Assembly: GCF_018350175.1 (NCBI RefSeq)
Contig: NC_058369.1
Span: forward strand, 12,278,001 to 12,342,000
Direction of reading: 5' to 3'
DNA: 64,000 bases
Source: Felis catus
Lineage: Eukaryota
Positions 1 through 14,110 of this stretch are shown in pieces. The translations under genes and the position numbers were made by a program. Each line of letters opens with the position of its first letter. Position 1 is the first letter of the stretch. Under the pieces are notes generated by a model. The model did no database searches and was not told where the DNA came from. It worked only from the letters and a program-made list of their open reading frames with translations.

Positions 1-2822
1 TGCCACCAGGCAGATGCGGACTCAAGTCCTACCCCACCACTAGTGTGCTGTGCAACCCCGGGGAAGGTGAGCAGCCTCTCTGTGCCTCAGTTTCTTCATC
101 TGGAAAATAAGGAGAAGCATTCCCACCACCAGAGACTGACCTGGGGTGAGCTCTCCTCCAGTGCTGGCTGTTTACAGTTCTGTGCTCTCCCTTGTCCTCT
201 CCTTCCACCGTCTCCCATGCGAAAATGTATCCCATCCCGTAAATGTTCCCTCAGCCCAGTTCTACCTCAAGCTACTGACCGCCCCTTTCCCAGAAGACTT
301 CCTGAAAGAGTGGTCTGCCCTTGGGCTTATAAATTCATTCATTCACTCAATCAACAAACCAAAGGTTAAGTTCACACTATGAGGAGGAATCAAGCATACA
401 AAAGGGTGTGAGACACAGCTCTAGGGCTCAAGATGGGGAGACACGCAGGCAAAGTGAGCCCGTGACTGCAGCACAAGGTGCCAGGGGACATGAGGGGATG
501 GCGGGATGCACAGCCGAAGCCTCCGGAGCCTGAGCGAGGGGTCAGCGATGGGCAAGGTGGGCTCTAGGACAGAGGGGGCCGCCAGGGACCTGGGCTCATT
601 CAGCACGGTTTCAGCCAGCCACAAGAGTGGACACAGTGAGGTAACAGGGTGTGTGTCCGCCCTGCTGAAAAGCCCGGAACGTGATCCCCAAGGCGACCTG
701 AGCAGATGTGCACACGAGCCAGTGAACTGAATATGCACTTAGCTACGCAGAGTGGGTGACAGGGGAGCACCCACAGGAAGCAACCAGGGAGAGACTTGGG
801 CAGGCCTCCAGGATGATGAGGCCAAGGAATGCAGCCACTCACGGCACACAAACACGGACAACATGAGCCATTCACCTTCACACGTTTCTCTGAGATGTCC
901 CTATGGGCCATCGAGGTGGAAACCTCTGCCATTTCTACAGAATGCCTCGTGGAGCTCCTAGTCTGGAGGGGAATGTCATTACACGCGACAACACACACTG
1001 AGGGCCATTAAGGGCTGGGAGGAAAAGACGGGGATAGCAGGGGCACTCGGCAGCCCAGACACGCACCTGCGAGGGCAGGAAGACCAGCCCTGCCCCAGCT
1101 GAGCCTGCCCGAAGGGATGCAAGGCAACAAGCAGGCCAAGGACACCAGCAACACAGACAGAAGGAGGCACCACTGGCGGGAAAACACCAAGGGAGGAGGG
1201 TCCTGAGGGGACCGGGGGACGGGCGTGTGGAGAGCAGTAGGAGGGTTGAGTGCAGCCACAGAGGGCAGGTGGATGGCCCTGGAAAGGGTCAGGCAATGAC
1301 AGCCCCCGGGACCTTGCCTGGGCAGCCGAGGTGGAGCAGGGAGCAGATTCGAGCTCATTCTCCCCAAAGTGCCGTTTAAGATGAAAAGTAGCCCCGGCCT
1401 CCCCAGAGCCCTCCCTGGATATGGCTCCTCCTAGCATCCCAGAGAACAGCCCCCATCCGTTCTGTCCTTCCTTCCTCTGTATGGTGGAGCAGGCCCTGAA
1501 CAGACTCACAGGGGCGACAGCTCAGCAGTAAGGGCCCCACACAGCAGAGCACCTACCACCTTCCTCGAGAATGCCCACTTCCCACAAGACTCCCAGCTTT
1601 CCCCAAGGGGCCCTGAATCTTCCTGAAATTCCTTTCCTAGATCAGACACCCTGGGCCATCTTCCGAGCCCTGGCCCGATATTTGGCCATCCGCCAAGAGA
1701 GCCCACTGCCCGGGACTCAGGGCTCCCCAAGGCGGATGGGGTCAGCAGCTCTCCATGCCCCTCCCCTCCACTCTGCGGATGGCATCATCAGCTTCCTGGC
1801 ACCACTGCTCTTCTGTGGAGCCTGGGGGTCCTCTAGGCACCAGGCACCGAGTAGGCTCCAGATTCCACAGATTCCACGGAGGAGCGGAGCATCACGGTCT
1901 GATCAGGGAACAAACACAGAAGAGAAAACATGCTGGCAGGAGCAGGGAGAGGAATTACACACGGTCGCTCCTCGGCTCGGAAAAGACCCTCTGTGGTTGG
2001 CAAAGCGTGTGAGTTGGCAAAGAGGGTTCCAAGCCTCTGCCGAGCTCTCGAGGTGCCCCACAGCCATCTCCTGCCCCCACCCCCCAGCTAGCTGCACTAC
2101 TCCCCCCCCACACACACGCACACATCCACCTGGACGCTCACACACACTCACTCAGAGGTCCTTGCACACAACCGCGGGCACACAGCCCTCAATCCCGGCT
2201 TTCCTTCCTGCTCTGGCAGAAGCTCTACTGCTGTGTGCCTCCCGCTCCTGGTCTCCCCCCAAATCATTCCCGATGCCTGCGGGGAGGGGGGCCGAGCCTG
2301 CTGAAGGCCAGTTACCTCCCAGCCCCACAAATGACCCCCTGCTTTAAAAAGCCTCCCAAAGTCCCCCCCAAATGAGATGAGTCCCTCCCTCCCTCCCTCC
2401 CCCACACTCCCATAAGCCCCGAACTTACAAATGAGACATTTCTTAAACGTCCAATTTTTGTCAAGGCCTCCCTCCTACATTTTCAATTCGGTGGAGCTGG
2501 GGGGGGGGGGGGGGGAGGTGGAGATCTCACATTTATTCTACCTCTTGCCATGCTGGTGGGATAAGCAGGCCTTCCTTAAACGTCTGTTTACAGATCGTTT
2601 GTTCACAGATGGAGCCTCAGGAGGGAGAGGGTGGGATGGGTGCAGCGAGAGCGATGCTCGGGTAGAGACACAGCTCCACCACTCAGCAGCAGAGCGGGGC
2701 CTCAGTTTCCGCTTCCATAAAATGGGAACGATACAGTGCCTGCCCTGAGGATCGCTTTCAGCATCAAGGCAAAGCGCACTCCACAAGTGGGAGGCGCTGC
2801 TGTACCCATCAGCGCCCTTATT

Positions 2823-2823
<1 letters not shown>

Positions 2824-2853
<30 letters not shown>
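2824..2853 (+). repeat. (CCG)10 trinucleotide repeat
   Basis: Ten perfect CCG units. Confidence 0.95.
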
Positions 2854-3136
2854 AGTCAGAGGAGCAGCCTTTCTTTACAGAGAATCGGTGGCGGGTGGGA
2901 AGGGAAGTCAGGCAAGGCTGCTAAGCAGGGCGTGTCCCACAAGCATCAAATCCGCAGTCCTTACAGCATGCCACACCAAATGATCTTGGCCAAAAAAATG
3001 ATAAAATATTTCACCAAACGCTGGCTACGCTGCAGCACACGTCGTACTCGTTTTCTCTCTCAACTAGTCGGCTGAGCCCCTCCCAACATCTAGGACACCC
3101 CAGTCTTTTATTAGTTCTTAAGTCTTACTGATGATC

Positions 3137-3345
3137 TTTTTTTTTTAACGTTTATTTATTTTTGAGACAGGGAGAGACAGAGCATGAACGGGGGAGGGTC
3201 AGAGAGGGAGACACAGAATCTGAAACAGGCTCCAGGCTCTGAGCTGTCAGCACAGAGCCCGACGCGGGGCTCGAACTCATGGACCGCGAGATCGTGACCT
3301 GAGCCGGAGCCGGCCGCTCAACCGACTGAGCCACCCAGGCGCCCC
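3137..3345 (-). mobile_element. Can-SINE (SINEC_Fc) with target-site duplication
   Basis: Full tRNA-derived head, (CT)n and A-tail; cttactgatgat on both sides. Confidence 0.92.
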
Positions 3346-3966
3346 TTACTGATGATTTTTTTTTTTAAAACGTGCAATTTCTAAAAAATACCAGGAATGC
3401 TAAAAATAAAAATAAATAAAAATAAGTAAATAAATAAAACGTGCAATTTCACACACAGAGGGTTAAGTGCGTAGTAGCTGTGAAGCAAAAGGTATTTTCG
3501 AGGGGCTCAAAGGCAACAAAAAATTAAATCAAGAGGCCGAATGCCAACGGGACGGACGAGCTTGGCTTGAAAGAAAATGCCGATTCCCTGGTCTGGCGTG
3601 TGGGCGACAGGAACAACAGCACTGGCTCGCACCCACTCAGCAGCCGTGGGTGTCCGCTCGTCCCTACGGAACCCCCTTCACCATGGGAAGAGCGCCCACG
3701 ACGGATATGGGGTGCCCTGCGGGCACAGAGACCGTTCTAGTCTTCGTCAAAGAAAACTCCCAACAGGAGAAACATTCTCAATAACACACACCTAGGTCTA
3801 CCAGGTTCTGGCACCCCCAACCACAAACTGCCGCTTCTAGGGTGTGGGGACTTTTATAGGGCTAATCCAGTCCCTGAGCCTTCCAGTCCAGGTTTAAGCG
3901 TGTCCAAGTGAGGGCCTCACCATCAACAGTTCTTTCGGTTCATTCTTTCCGCTTTAAAAACAGCCT

Positions 3967-4177
3967 GGGGGGTGCCTGGGGGGCATCAGTTAAATGTCTG
4001 ACTTCGGCTCAGGTCGTGATCATGGGTTCATGGGTTCAAGCCTCGCGTCGGATTCTGTGCTGACAGCTCAGAGCCTTGAGCCTGCTTCAGATTCTGTGTG
4101 CGTGTCTCTCTCTGCCCCTCCCCTGCTCGTGCTCCATTTCTGTCTCTCAAAAATAAACAAACATTAAAAAAAAAAAA
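3967..4177 (+). mobile_element. Can-SINE
   Basis: ggggtgcctgg...ggctcaggtc...aaaataaac plus poly-A. Confidence 0.85.
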
Positions 4178-5542
4178 GTGGTCTGAAAGAAGATCGTTTC
4201 CTTTTCCCACTGAGTATATAAAACTGAAAACAACCTTTGTGGATCAGAAAAGCCAAGTTTCTATGGATCAACAGGCATGCCTGTCACTGTCACTAGTAAA
4301 TCAGAGAACCCCCTCCCATACCCTCTCATAGCGGAAGTGAAGAGACACCGGGAGCCCTGCGAACGTGCGGGGGCCTGGCCATCAGGATGCTGGTCTCCCA
4401 AGGCTTCCCTGACTCCCATCCCCAGGGCAGAAGGTGCCTGCTTCTCCACCCAAGACACAGAAAACATTTCCACTAATCAACTATCATCAAGGGCGGCTAC
4501 AGACGCTGCTCCTGGTTGCTATTCAGAGCGTGTGACATCCATCAACAGATGGTGATCACCTGCCTGCAGCAGGGTCTCAGGACACAGCAGGGACACAGCT
4601 GCTCCTGCCCTCCCAGGAGCCCCCCGGTGTGGTGTCCATGGGAGGGAACACCAGCTTTGGAGCTGCGGTCTGATCTGAGCACCCCACCTCCCTGAGAGGC
4701 CTGAAACCAGTCATTTTCCCTCTGTCCTTCTCAGTTTCCTTGTTCAGAAGAAGCTGCAGGGACAGTGACAATGACACTTCCCTAATGAGGAGTCAGTGGT
4801 GAGTGGGCACAAAGTGGGTGTCCAAACACACTCCCTTACTTCTGTGCAATACCTGCACCCCAGATCTCTCCCCGACAACTGGGTTCCCAGAGTCGGGGAA
4901 GGGGACTCTGCCCGGGTCGGGACCGGGGTGGGGCGGGGGTGGGGGGGTAGGGGCGGTGAGCAGCCAGTCTGAAAGGCTGTACCCTACTGCCTCCAGTCCT
5001 GCCGGAACAGAAGAGAGAAAGGAGGAAGGAAGACCCAGGCCCCCTCTTCCTCCTGTCCTTATTTCCAATCCTGTAGGGCAACTCATTCCACCCATGCAGG
5101 CTGCCACCTGACCTCCACGAAGGAGTCTGCCACACGGGGTCCTACTTATCTGTGTGCCTGGGAGCCCGGCTCCAGCTGAGCTATCTAAAGGGCGGGGGCT
5201 GTTTTATTCTTCTTGCTCTCATACCAGCACAGGGTGGATGCTCAGAAAGTGCAACCTGACGGTACCCCCAGGAGGCAGGCTGCTTCTCAACTGCACCTAA
5301 ACGTGGGGTCCCACCAGGCCTGAGGGGCCTGCTGCAAGGTGACCCAGCCACCCACCTGGCACTGCCCAGCAAAGCTGGTCTGGCCCTGCTGGCTGCACAC
5401 ACCACACCTGCCCCTTTCTCCTGCCTCCTCCTGCCTCCTCCCCCCACTTAGAAGGCCCCTCTGCCCAAACAACCATCCCACACAGTCCTCCACTCACCAA
5501 CCCCTCTCCTCTTCCAGAAACAACCTCATGCCAGGTTGCTCT

Positions 5543-5856
5543 CTTTTTTTTTTTTTTTTTAACATTTATTTATTTATGAGACACAGAGCATGAGCAGGCA
5601 AGGCACAGAGAGAGAGAGACACGGAATCCAAAGCAGGCTCCAGGCTCTAACGTTTACTTATTTTTGAGAGAAAGAGACAGAGTGTGAGCGCGAGAGGGAC
5701 AGAAAGAGAGGGGGAGACACAGAATCCGAAGCAGGCTCCAGGTTCTGAGCTGTCAGCTCGCGCTCAGAGCCCGAGGCGGGGCTCGAACTCACGAACCGTG
5801 AGATCATGACCTGAGCGGAAGTTGGACCCTTAACCGACTGAGCCACCCAGGCGCCC
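5543..5856 (-). mobile_element. Composite Can-SINE (extra 3' half plus full copy)
   Basis: Two successive SINE 3' ends; aggttgctct on both flanks. Confidence 0.8.
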
Positions 5857-8800
5857 TAGGTTGCTCTTTATCACTTCGTGCCCATATCACAACAAGCATC
5901 TCTGAGCTAGTGCCCAGCTCTGTGCATTCTCTACGCAAGCGGTCAGATCTAAACATCTCACTTCACTCCTCGAGAACGTGCCACAGCTCCTCACTACCTC
6001 ACACAGTGTGGACCTGCCATACCATTCTGCCATTTGTTCAACAGGATTACTGAGCACCTGGGGGACTAGGACAAATTAAAACAGGCCTTTTTGAGCGTAG
6101 TCTAGGTGGTGGGAGAGACTGACCATCCATCAAATAATCCCAGCAACAGGAAATTACAAACTGGTATGTGGAAAAGTACAAAGCATCCCCACAGACGGTA
6201 ACAGAGAAGCTGAGCCAATCTGTCAGGGAATGCTTTACCTGAGGAAGTGATGTGCCAGCTGAGATATGAAGAGTAGAAGTTAACCCAGAGATAATAGGTG
6301 GAAGAAAATCCCAGAAAGGAGCAATAAATAGCATGTGCAAAGGCCCTGGGGCAAGACAGAATGTCGCCTGAACAAGCAACTGGAAAAGAATGCCAAGGGG
6401 CCACAGGGCACAGCAAACAGGGAGGAGGGCAGAACTGGGAAGCGTGGGATGCAGGTGAGCAGCGCGCTGGAGGGGCAGAAGCCGGCCTCCAGTCTGCAGA
6501 CAGGGACAGCCAGGCTTCTTGGCACCACCCTTCCCTGCTTTCAGCCAGTGTCTACAAAAGGAGAACTGACTTTTTATCAGCCAGTCTGAACGTAATCAGT
6601 AAATCAATTCTGCCATTAGGAGTGCAACAGTCCCCCCCCCCCCCCCCGTCCCCTCCAGTAGGCAGAGCCAGGCGGAAGTGCAAGGAGATGGCTGTTTGTG
6701 GTCATCTGTAACCTCTCCCTCCCTCCAGCAGCTTGGGACATTAAGGGCTGGCCCTACCACTAGAATGGGCAGAGCATTCTAAGCAGGAGCGGCCCTCTGG
6801 GCCACACAGCAGGCAGGTCTCCACTCTACCCCACCCCCCTCGTCGGCCACTCTAGGCAAGCAGACACCCTGTCAGTCCCTTTTGTCTCGGGCCAATCTGT
6901 AGGCCAGGCACAGACCATGTCCCATTTACCAAGCCACCTTCTCCCTTTAATCCCCAAGTCACCCTAACTAAAAGAGGGATGCAGAGCCCAAAGTTCCCAG
7001 CCCCGGCCTCACATTCGGCCCTTTTGAGCCGGGATTCCAATCCCTCGGTTTCTGTTCATTCTGCTCCGCCACTGTCTGAAAAAGCATCCCTCCCTTCCTT
7101 CCCAATGTCCCCACGGCCCAGCCCCGGCGCCCTTCCTCCTCCATGCAGCCGTCTCCAACACACCCAAGTGGAAGCAAGTCGTCCGCCCCTCATCCAGCTC
7201 AGACCACCCGTGGCCTCTGCCTCCACCGTGGCCCGGACCACGCCGACCCTCCTCGTGGGCCGGACATGGCGCCTTCCTTTCTGCCTCCCCCTTGAGGCAC
7301 CGAACACCCAAGCCAGCAGGGAAACCGACCTGCTGACCCTCTGTAAAGACGAAAAGGCAGCTTTTCCGTTTCCCCCATGACTTTCCAGGGAAAGGAGATC
7401 AAAACAATAAAATAAAAATTTAAACACGTGATCTTCTCTCCATCAGACTCTACAGCATCTAGCGGATACAGCCCCTAGCACCCAGGGAGCACGGCCGTTG
7501 TTTAAAACCAAATGACCTCTCACACTGAATGCTTGGCAGTGAAGAAATAAATAAAAAGAAACTGGAGTGCCGCTCAGAGCCCCAGATCTGTGTCAGATGA
7601 GCTGTATCAGTACGAGCTTGTGGGGTGTGACCTTTCACAAGTGGCCTCTGCCTCTGGGCCCCAGTTTACCTCTTCATAGAGGGAGGATAAGACGGACCAC
7701 GGTGACTCGGGAAGGGGAGGTGAGCAATCCAAATGCCTTTTTGCTCAGTCCTTGGTGCCTGTGCAGTGAGGCCTCCCCACCTCACCTGTGGGATTGTAAA
7801 CTCGGTTTCACAGCCCTCACAGCGTGGACCACACGGCCCTGGGACAGACTATATACTAGCTCCTTTCCTGCTGTCTGCCCCCCCACCCCACCCCGTCCTA
7901 GAACCTCGGCTCCAGGTGACAGAGCTGTCTTCAGGTTCACTGCTACATCCCACAGGCCAGGAGGTGCCCAGCAAAGAGAAGAAGCCTGACACACATCTGC
8001 CGAATGAACAGCGCCATCCACAAACGAGAGGCGCTTTCTGACGGCACACCCATCACCCCGCGAGGTGCTGATACTCCGCTGTCAGGAGGCAGATACTTAG
8101 AGGTAGGCCCAGTTTGCACACGGACAAAGTGAGATACGGAAAATACCGCACAACCGAGGGCTCTGAGAGAACATCTGGGGACTATGACACTGAAAACACA
8201 CACCCCCTGAAGGGACCTCATGGGGTAACGGGGTGGGAGAAGTGTCTTTGAGGAAGAATGTGGAAGAGCTTTCCGAGGGGATGCTGGCTGCTCAGGTGAA
8301 GTCTGGGAGGGGAGAACCCGAGGGCACCCCCAGAGTGGCTGACGGGCTGCCTCCTTCGGGGGGGGGGGGGGGGCGGCTGTGTTCGTCCGTCGGCACATTA
8401 ACGGCAAGTGGCCTGAGGCATCTTGGGTACCATCTGATCAAAGACAGTCCACTTCCGGGATCAGCTGATCGGGTAAAGAGCCAGATGTGGGAAAGTTGCT
8501 TTAAAGTGCAAAATTGGGGCAGAGGGAGCAAAACTTGTATGTTCTTGCTCGACTGGGAGCTACTCAGTCCACAAAAACCAGGCCAGTGCAGGTCAATACG
8601 ACAAAGAGCCAGCCGGGGAATTCTGGATCTTACGGGGCAGGGCCAATCTTTACTCTAAACCCTGGCTCTGTCCCCACCAATTTATACCACGTCACCATTA
8701 GCATTCTAGTAAGACAGAGAGACTGGCAATTATTTTAGAGGAAAAAAAACAAGGGACGAAAGGACAACCAAGTGTCCCAAGCACTTGGCATTCACTGCAG

Positions 8801-10356
8801 ACACGTTCACCGGGTGTTGCTCTGGGCGAGGAGCCCAGCGGGCCGCCTGGAAGAGGGGAAAGAGCGGGGCTCTGCAGGCAGACGGATGTGGGGTCAACCC
8901 ACCAACTATGGGACTTTGGCAAGTTACTTAAATCTCTGTGGGTCTCAGTTTGTGAAATGGTAATAAAAACCTTCCAGAACATGGCACCCATTAAAAAGAT
9001 GATGTGTCTCAAGGGCGTGGGCACAGGAAGTACCTGGCGGAGGAGGACCCCAGTGGCATTGGTGGGAGCACCCCCTTGTGCCCAGGACACTCTCTTCATC
9101 AGCGAGCCCAACGCTTCCCGCATGCTTCCTAGGTCGAGGGCCACACAAGGGACCCACAGAAGGTACAGGAGGTACAATGACGTTCTGGTGGGACTGATGG
9201 AAGACACCCCCAGGAAGGCCTCTGGGAGTGGCCTCCCGTGGGCGGGAGGTGTGGGCGGGAGGTGGGGCAGGACGCAGCAGGAGGTCACAGCATGAGGTGG
9301 GGGCAACAGAGCCATGGAGGGTGTGGGGGGAGCGCTGGGAACAGCAAGGGTCTAAGTGGAGTGGTGCGAGTGCGGGAGAGCAAGCTGGCAAGGTCAGGCG
9401 GAGCAGCACAGGGGCAGCCGAGCTGGACATACTGAGGGGAGGGAGACGGGAGTAGCTGGAAGCTTCTGGAGCAGGGGGTGGTTGTGCGGAATGAACTCGG
9501 AGGCAGAGGCTGAGTAGGAAGGGGGGCAGCCGCAGCCTGTGAACTTGTGGATGTGGTAAGGAAGTGGCCAATTCCAGAGGTGGCTGGCAAGGGAGAAACA
9601 GGAGGCTGGACTCCGGCAGGGTCTTGGTGGGGGAAGGGCACGCTCTGCGGGGAGACCCTAATATGGGGCAGACAGAGAGGAAGCGGTGCTGTGAGGCTCA
9701 AGGGCAACCAGTGACAGGCCACCAGGGTGAAGGATGGCATGATGACCAGCCACTTACGAGACCACACGGTACAAAGGGGGGAGGGACACAGATGCACTTC
9801 CAGGGTAGGAGAGGCAAAGGGGAGCTTGCTCAGAGGCAGGGAGAAACGGAAATCACTGAGCTGCCAACGGAGGGAGAAACCCACCCTGACTCTTCCTTCA
9901 CAAGAGCAAGATTCGTATTCAGGGTCATCAGAGACTGTACAGGGAAAGAGGTGTCACAGACACCGGGGACTGTGGAGCAGCCCAGGAAAGATGCCTATAG
10001 CAAAAGTGCTGGTGACAGAGGGGAAACACACAGCCCCTCTCCCCTCTGCAACCCTGCTAGCAGCTGCTTTACTCACCTTCACCTGGCCATCCATGTTCCA
10101 AGTTCCGTGTTCCAAGAATGTTCCAAGTGTGCCCTACACCTCAGTCCAACCAGAGCACAGCCTCGCGCTCCAGGTGGCTCCCTGAATGCCCCCAACCAGA
10201 AATTATCCTGGAATCCTATCCACGCATCTCTGCAAATTATCTGTGAACCTGTGTGATCCCTCAGCTAGACTGAAAGCAGCTGGACGGGCTAAGCCTCACC
10301 CCTTGGCCGACAGGAACACCTAGTGCAGAGCTTCCCATAAGAACAGGTTTAAAGAG

Positions 10357-10481
10357 GGGCACCTGGGTGGCTCAGTCAGTTAAGCGTCAGACTCTTGATT
10401 TCGGCTCAGGTCAGGATCTCACAGTTCATGAGTTCCAGCCCCGTGCCGGGCTTTGCATCAACAGCGTGGAGCCTGCTTGGG

Positions 10482-10531
<50 letters not shown>

Positions 10532-10578
10532 TCTCTCTCTCCCAAAATAAATAAATAAACTTAACAACAACAAAAAAG
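10357..10578 (+). mobile_element. Can-SINE with long (CT)n
   Basis: Canonical head; aagaacaggt on both flanks. Confidence 0.88.
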
Positions 10579-12479
10579 AACAGGTATAGAGAAATGTCAG
10601 ATAACTACCTGAAGGAAGAAAGCCTGGTCACGCCTTTGTTCAACAAACGTGTAAAGGAACAGGAAAAAGCACAGAAGTCTGTGACCTAAACGTGTCATGG
10701 GCTCCTGGCTGTCAGTCTCTTGCAACTCCCACCCCTGTCCCCATCCCACACACAGAGAAGAAAAGCCACCTGGAAATGGCGCTGGCATGTATAAGTCATG
10801 GGTGCTTCAAGAGTTTACCTGACACCTCCTGGGGGCTGGTCACAGGATCAAGAGGCCTGTACCTGCTCTCCCTGGGTGCCTGGGTGTAAACCACTGATTG
10901 GTGCCGAGGGGTGTGTGGAAAAAACACATTTCTGGTGGGATGGAAGGGGCTCTACTTATGACAAGCGATCAGCAAAGGCCTCTGGGAAGAATGACATCTG
11001 AGCTACCACCCGAAGGAGGGAAAGGACCCAGGAACCAAAAGCACCAAGGGAAGAGACAGGGAAGAGCACTTCTGGAAGAAGGAACAACTAGCGAGACACC
11101 CTGAGGACAGAGGAAGCTGGGACCGTGGGAGGACCAGAAAAGCAGCAAGAATGGCTGCAGTGTGGGGACCAGGGAAAGCAGGAGGCGGGAGAGGGCTGGC
11201 AGGCACCAGACCAGCGAGGCTTCCTGAGAAAGAACTGGGAATTTATCCCAAAGGGTGCTAAGCACATGAATCACAGGACCCAAATCATGCTTCCGTTCCT
11301 TAATTCACAGTGGCCTTCCTCTGAACCTAATTCTGCATCAGTAAAATGGGGATAAGTGCCAACATGTTAGAAAGCGCTCAAACTCCAACACACTCAATAG
11401 ACATTAGCCACTGTTGTCATCACAGTTCAAATCGGGGCTTTCAAAATTTGACAGGAAGTCAAAGGAACTTTCAAAAAGATTCTTCCCCCCCCCAAAAAAA
11501 AATGGGAGCACTTTCTCATTAAGTGAGCCTAAGTGAGTTTCACCCAATGCACATATCCTAAACTATAGCGACTGGCTATTAATAATAATGCCCCCTATCT
11601 GCAGAGCACCTAATTTACATAGCACTTTCATACCTCTTAGAAGAATGTATTAATTAATAACCACTGGCCTTTAACACTTTTAATTTCGTGACGGTGTTAC
11701 AAATTGGCTAGTTCCTGTAAGATTTAGCAGGTATGTCTCTCTCCTTGGAAAAGCTGACCAGTCATGTCAACCTACCTATCAGCTCTCTTAAGGTTCAGCA
11801 TTCTTACTGCTGTGGTCTACATTCCCGTATGTCCCAATCTGCCAGAGAATTAAATGATGGTAATAATTATAGTTTCACGGAGTGCTTTGATGTGCCAGGC
11901 ACTGTTTACTAAGCGTTTTACATGCTTAATCTTCACATCATCCCTATATGTTTTATATTTCCATTTTCCAAATGAGTTCTGAGCACTTCACCCAAGCACA
12001 CTCAAAGGAAATAAATGACAGACCCAAGAACTAAACAGCAAGATGACATGACCCCGTGTCTTCACTCTTAATTCCAACTCCGTGCTAGATAGTTCAAAGT
12101 GCTTATAACATGGCGCTTGGTACAACACAAGTATTCAGTAAATAAAGGCAGCTGTCGTTAGCAGGACACAGGTAGTTTCTAGTTCCCATAAGAGTGTCAC
12201 CTCTAGGAGAGCAGCGACCTTGTCTGTCTGGGTGACTGCTGCACTCCCAGCACCTGGCTCAACGCACATTTGACAGACAAATAAATGAATGAACATCCTT
12301 CCCAGAAAGCAAAGCTGTCTGCGCAAGGCTCTTTTTTGCACGTTATATGTCGCCCCGCTGTTACTGCCCCTTAGTAAGACCATCAGGCAGATTTGAAGAC
12401 GCAGAAAGGAGACGTGCGAGCTCCTCTCTCTCAATTCAAGGGTGGCAGAAACAGCTCCCAAGGGAGGGATGAGTCCGGG

Positions 12480-13370
12480 ATCGCACTGCTGGAGGGTCCT
12501 GACCCTGGCAGGGCTCTGCCCTCCACCACCGCGGGGACACCGTCTTCGCCGGCGCTGGGACCCGGCAGAAAACAAAGACTCGCGGGGCTGTCGCACCGGC
12601 AGAAAGGCTCGCTCCCCTCGCCCACCTCCCAGAGTGAGAGCCCAGTGCCACCGTGCATCACCCGGCCTGGGAGCTGCGGCGAAGGCCAGACTCGTAGCCG
12701 GGCCCGGGCCCTGAACCATGCAGATACATGCAGCAGCCCCGCCTGGACGCCGCCCGCAGAGGGTCTCCAGGGCGCGGGAGGCCGCGGGCCGGGCCGGCCT
12801 GTCACCTTCAGGACCGCCCGCCCACTCGCCCTCCCTCCGCGCGGGCCCGTCAGCACGAGCCGCCGCCGCCCGGGTGGGCCTCTCCGCGCATCGGTCTCCC
12901 CGGGGTGCCCGCCTCGCGCCTTACGCCCCGGCGCTGCACCCCCGCCCGCTGGCCCATACCTGCTGGGAGAGCGGGATGAGCGGGGCCGCCATCTTCCCGC
13001 GGACTCGGGCTCCGAGCGCCGGGGAGACGGGGGCGGGGCCGCGCGTGCGCACTGGTGCGAGGGGCGGTGCGCGCGCAGCTGAGTCCGGGAAGGGGCGGGA
13101 CCGAAGTAGGGCTGCGCACGCGCAACCGAAACCGAAGGGGCGGGGGCGGGGCCGCGCACACCTAGCCCGGGCCGGGAGGAGGCGGGGCCGGTTAGGCGCG
13201 CGGGTCCCACCATGTGAGCCCAGCCTATTTGCCCCGTTACCCCTCCGTCCACAGCGTAAATCTGACATGCTGTCATTCTTTCAGGTGCCGTTCCCTTTTC
13301 CGTGCGCCTGGCAAATCCTTATGGGAAGGTTGTTACGCACCCCGCGGAGCGTCAGAAACCTCGCCGTGCC
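12480..13370. promoter_or_regulatory. EPS15L1: CpG island / EPS15L1 promoter
   Basis: Very GC- and CpG-rich; several GGGGCGGG GC boxes at about 13030-13190; YY1-like AAGATGGCGGC overlapping the start codon. Confidence 0.85.
12960..12992 (-). CDS. EPS15L1: EPS15L1 first coding exon (MAAPLIPLSQQ); later exons lie beyond the left edge of the window
   Basis: Minus strand GGGAAGATGGCG...CAGCAG|GTATGG: 11 codons matching the recalled human EPS15L1 N-terminus, followed by a GT donor, inside a CpG island, in the expected position next to CALR3. Confidence 0.95.
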
Positions 13371-13714
13371 CAAATACACTCGCTGTTCCCAGGATAGGGT
13401 GTATGTGTGTGGGGTTGGGTGGGTGGGAGGGTGTGTGTCTGTGTGTGCGTGTGATGATTTCCCAGCTCCCATTTCTAGCAGGAGGCAAATCACCTTAGCA
13501 AGTCACTTAAGTACTTTCTCGGAGCCCCTAGTCCCCCCTTCTGAAAAGTGGGAGTGGTAATATACGTTTGCTGTCGTTCCACCTCCATGTCTCACACTGT
13601 GCCTGGCACAGAGCAGGCACCGGACGTTTGCTGGAGAACCGGTACTGGAGGGGGCATTTATTTCTCGGACGTTTTGTCTTCCATTCGCGAGGGACACACA
13701 CTCCTCTGTGGCCA

Positions 13715-13762
13715 GATTCCACTAACAGGATGAGTAAGGATTCCACTAACAAGATGAGGAAG
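13715..13762 (+). repeat. 24-bp tandem duplication
   Basis: gattccactaacaggatgagtaag / gattccactaacaagatgaggaag. Confidence 0.9.
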
Positions 13763-14110
13763 GAAGCCTGGGCAGCTGACCACAAGGTCTCTTCAGGGCA
13801 GGTGGGCATCCCCTTACCTGCCCTCCTCCTGTGATGGTGGCACAGTGAGTCTGATCAGGCCCTGTTTCTCAGGCAGGCAAGCTAGAAGGCCATGTGATCT
13901 CAGGGGTGGGACACAGCTTCCTGGCTCCCTCTTCCATTTGGGAGTCTCACAAGCTCCTGCTGATCTTATGAGACACCCCTGAGTAAAGAGCAATGATATG
14001 AGACCATGTGTCATCTGGTCTCATCTTGAGAGTGTTTTGCTGTCTGCTCTAAGTTTTCAGTCTCATCATGCTCCTACACTTCTCCATCCCCCGTATAAAG
14101 ATCAATGGGA

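Noticed and set aside
1571..2347. 258-aa plus-strand ORF and nearby minus-strand GTGAGT donors (possible alternative EPS15L1 exon)
   Set aside because: No recognisable protein; low-complexity GC-rich translation; minus-strand ATG frames close quickly.
3152..3334. Recurring MAQSVKRPTSAQVMIS-like peptide family across the window
   Set aside because: These are translations of Can-SINEs, not a gene family or a repeat array.
8698..10256. Several overlapping ORFs of about 200 aa on both strands
   Set aside because: Expected by chance in GC-rich intron; no domain and no exon structure.
10357..10445. tRNA-like A and B boxes
   Set aside because: They are the heads of tRNA-derived SINEs, not tRNA genes.
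12135..13560. Long Arg/Gly/Pro/Ala-rich ORFs in many frames
   Set aside because: Stop-codon depletion in the CpG island; only the 33-nt EPS15L1 exon is supported.
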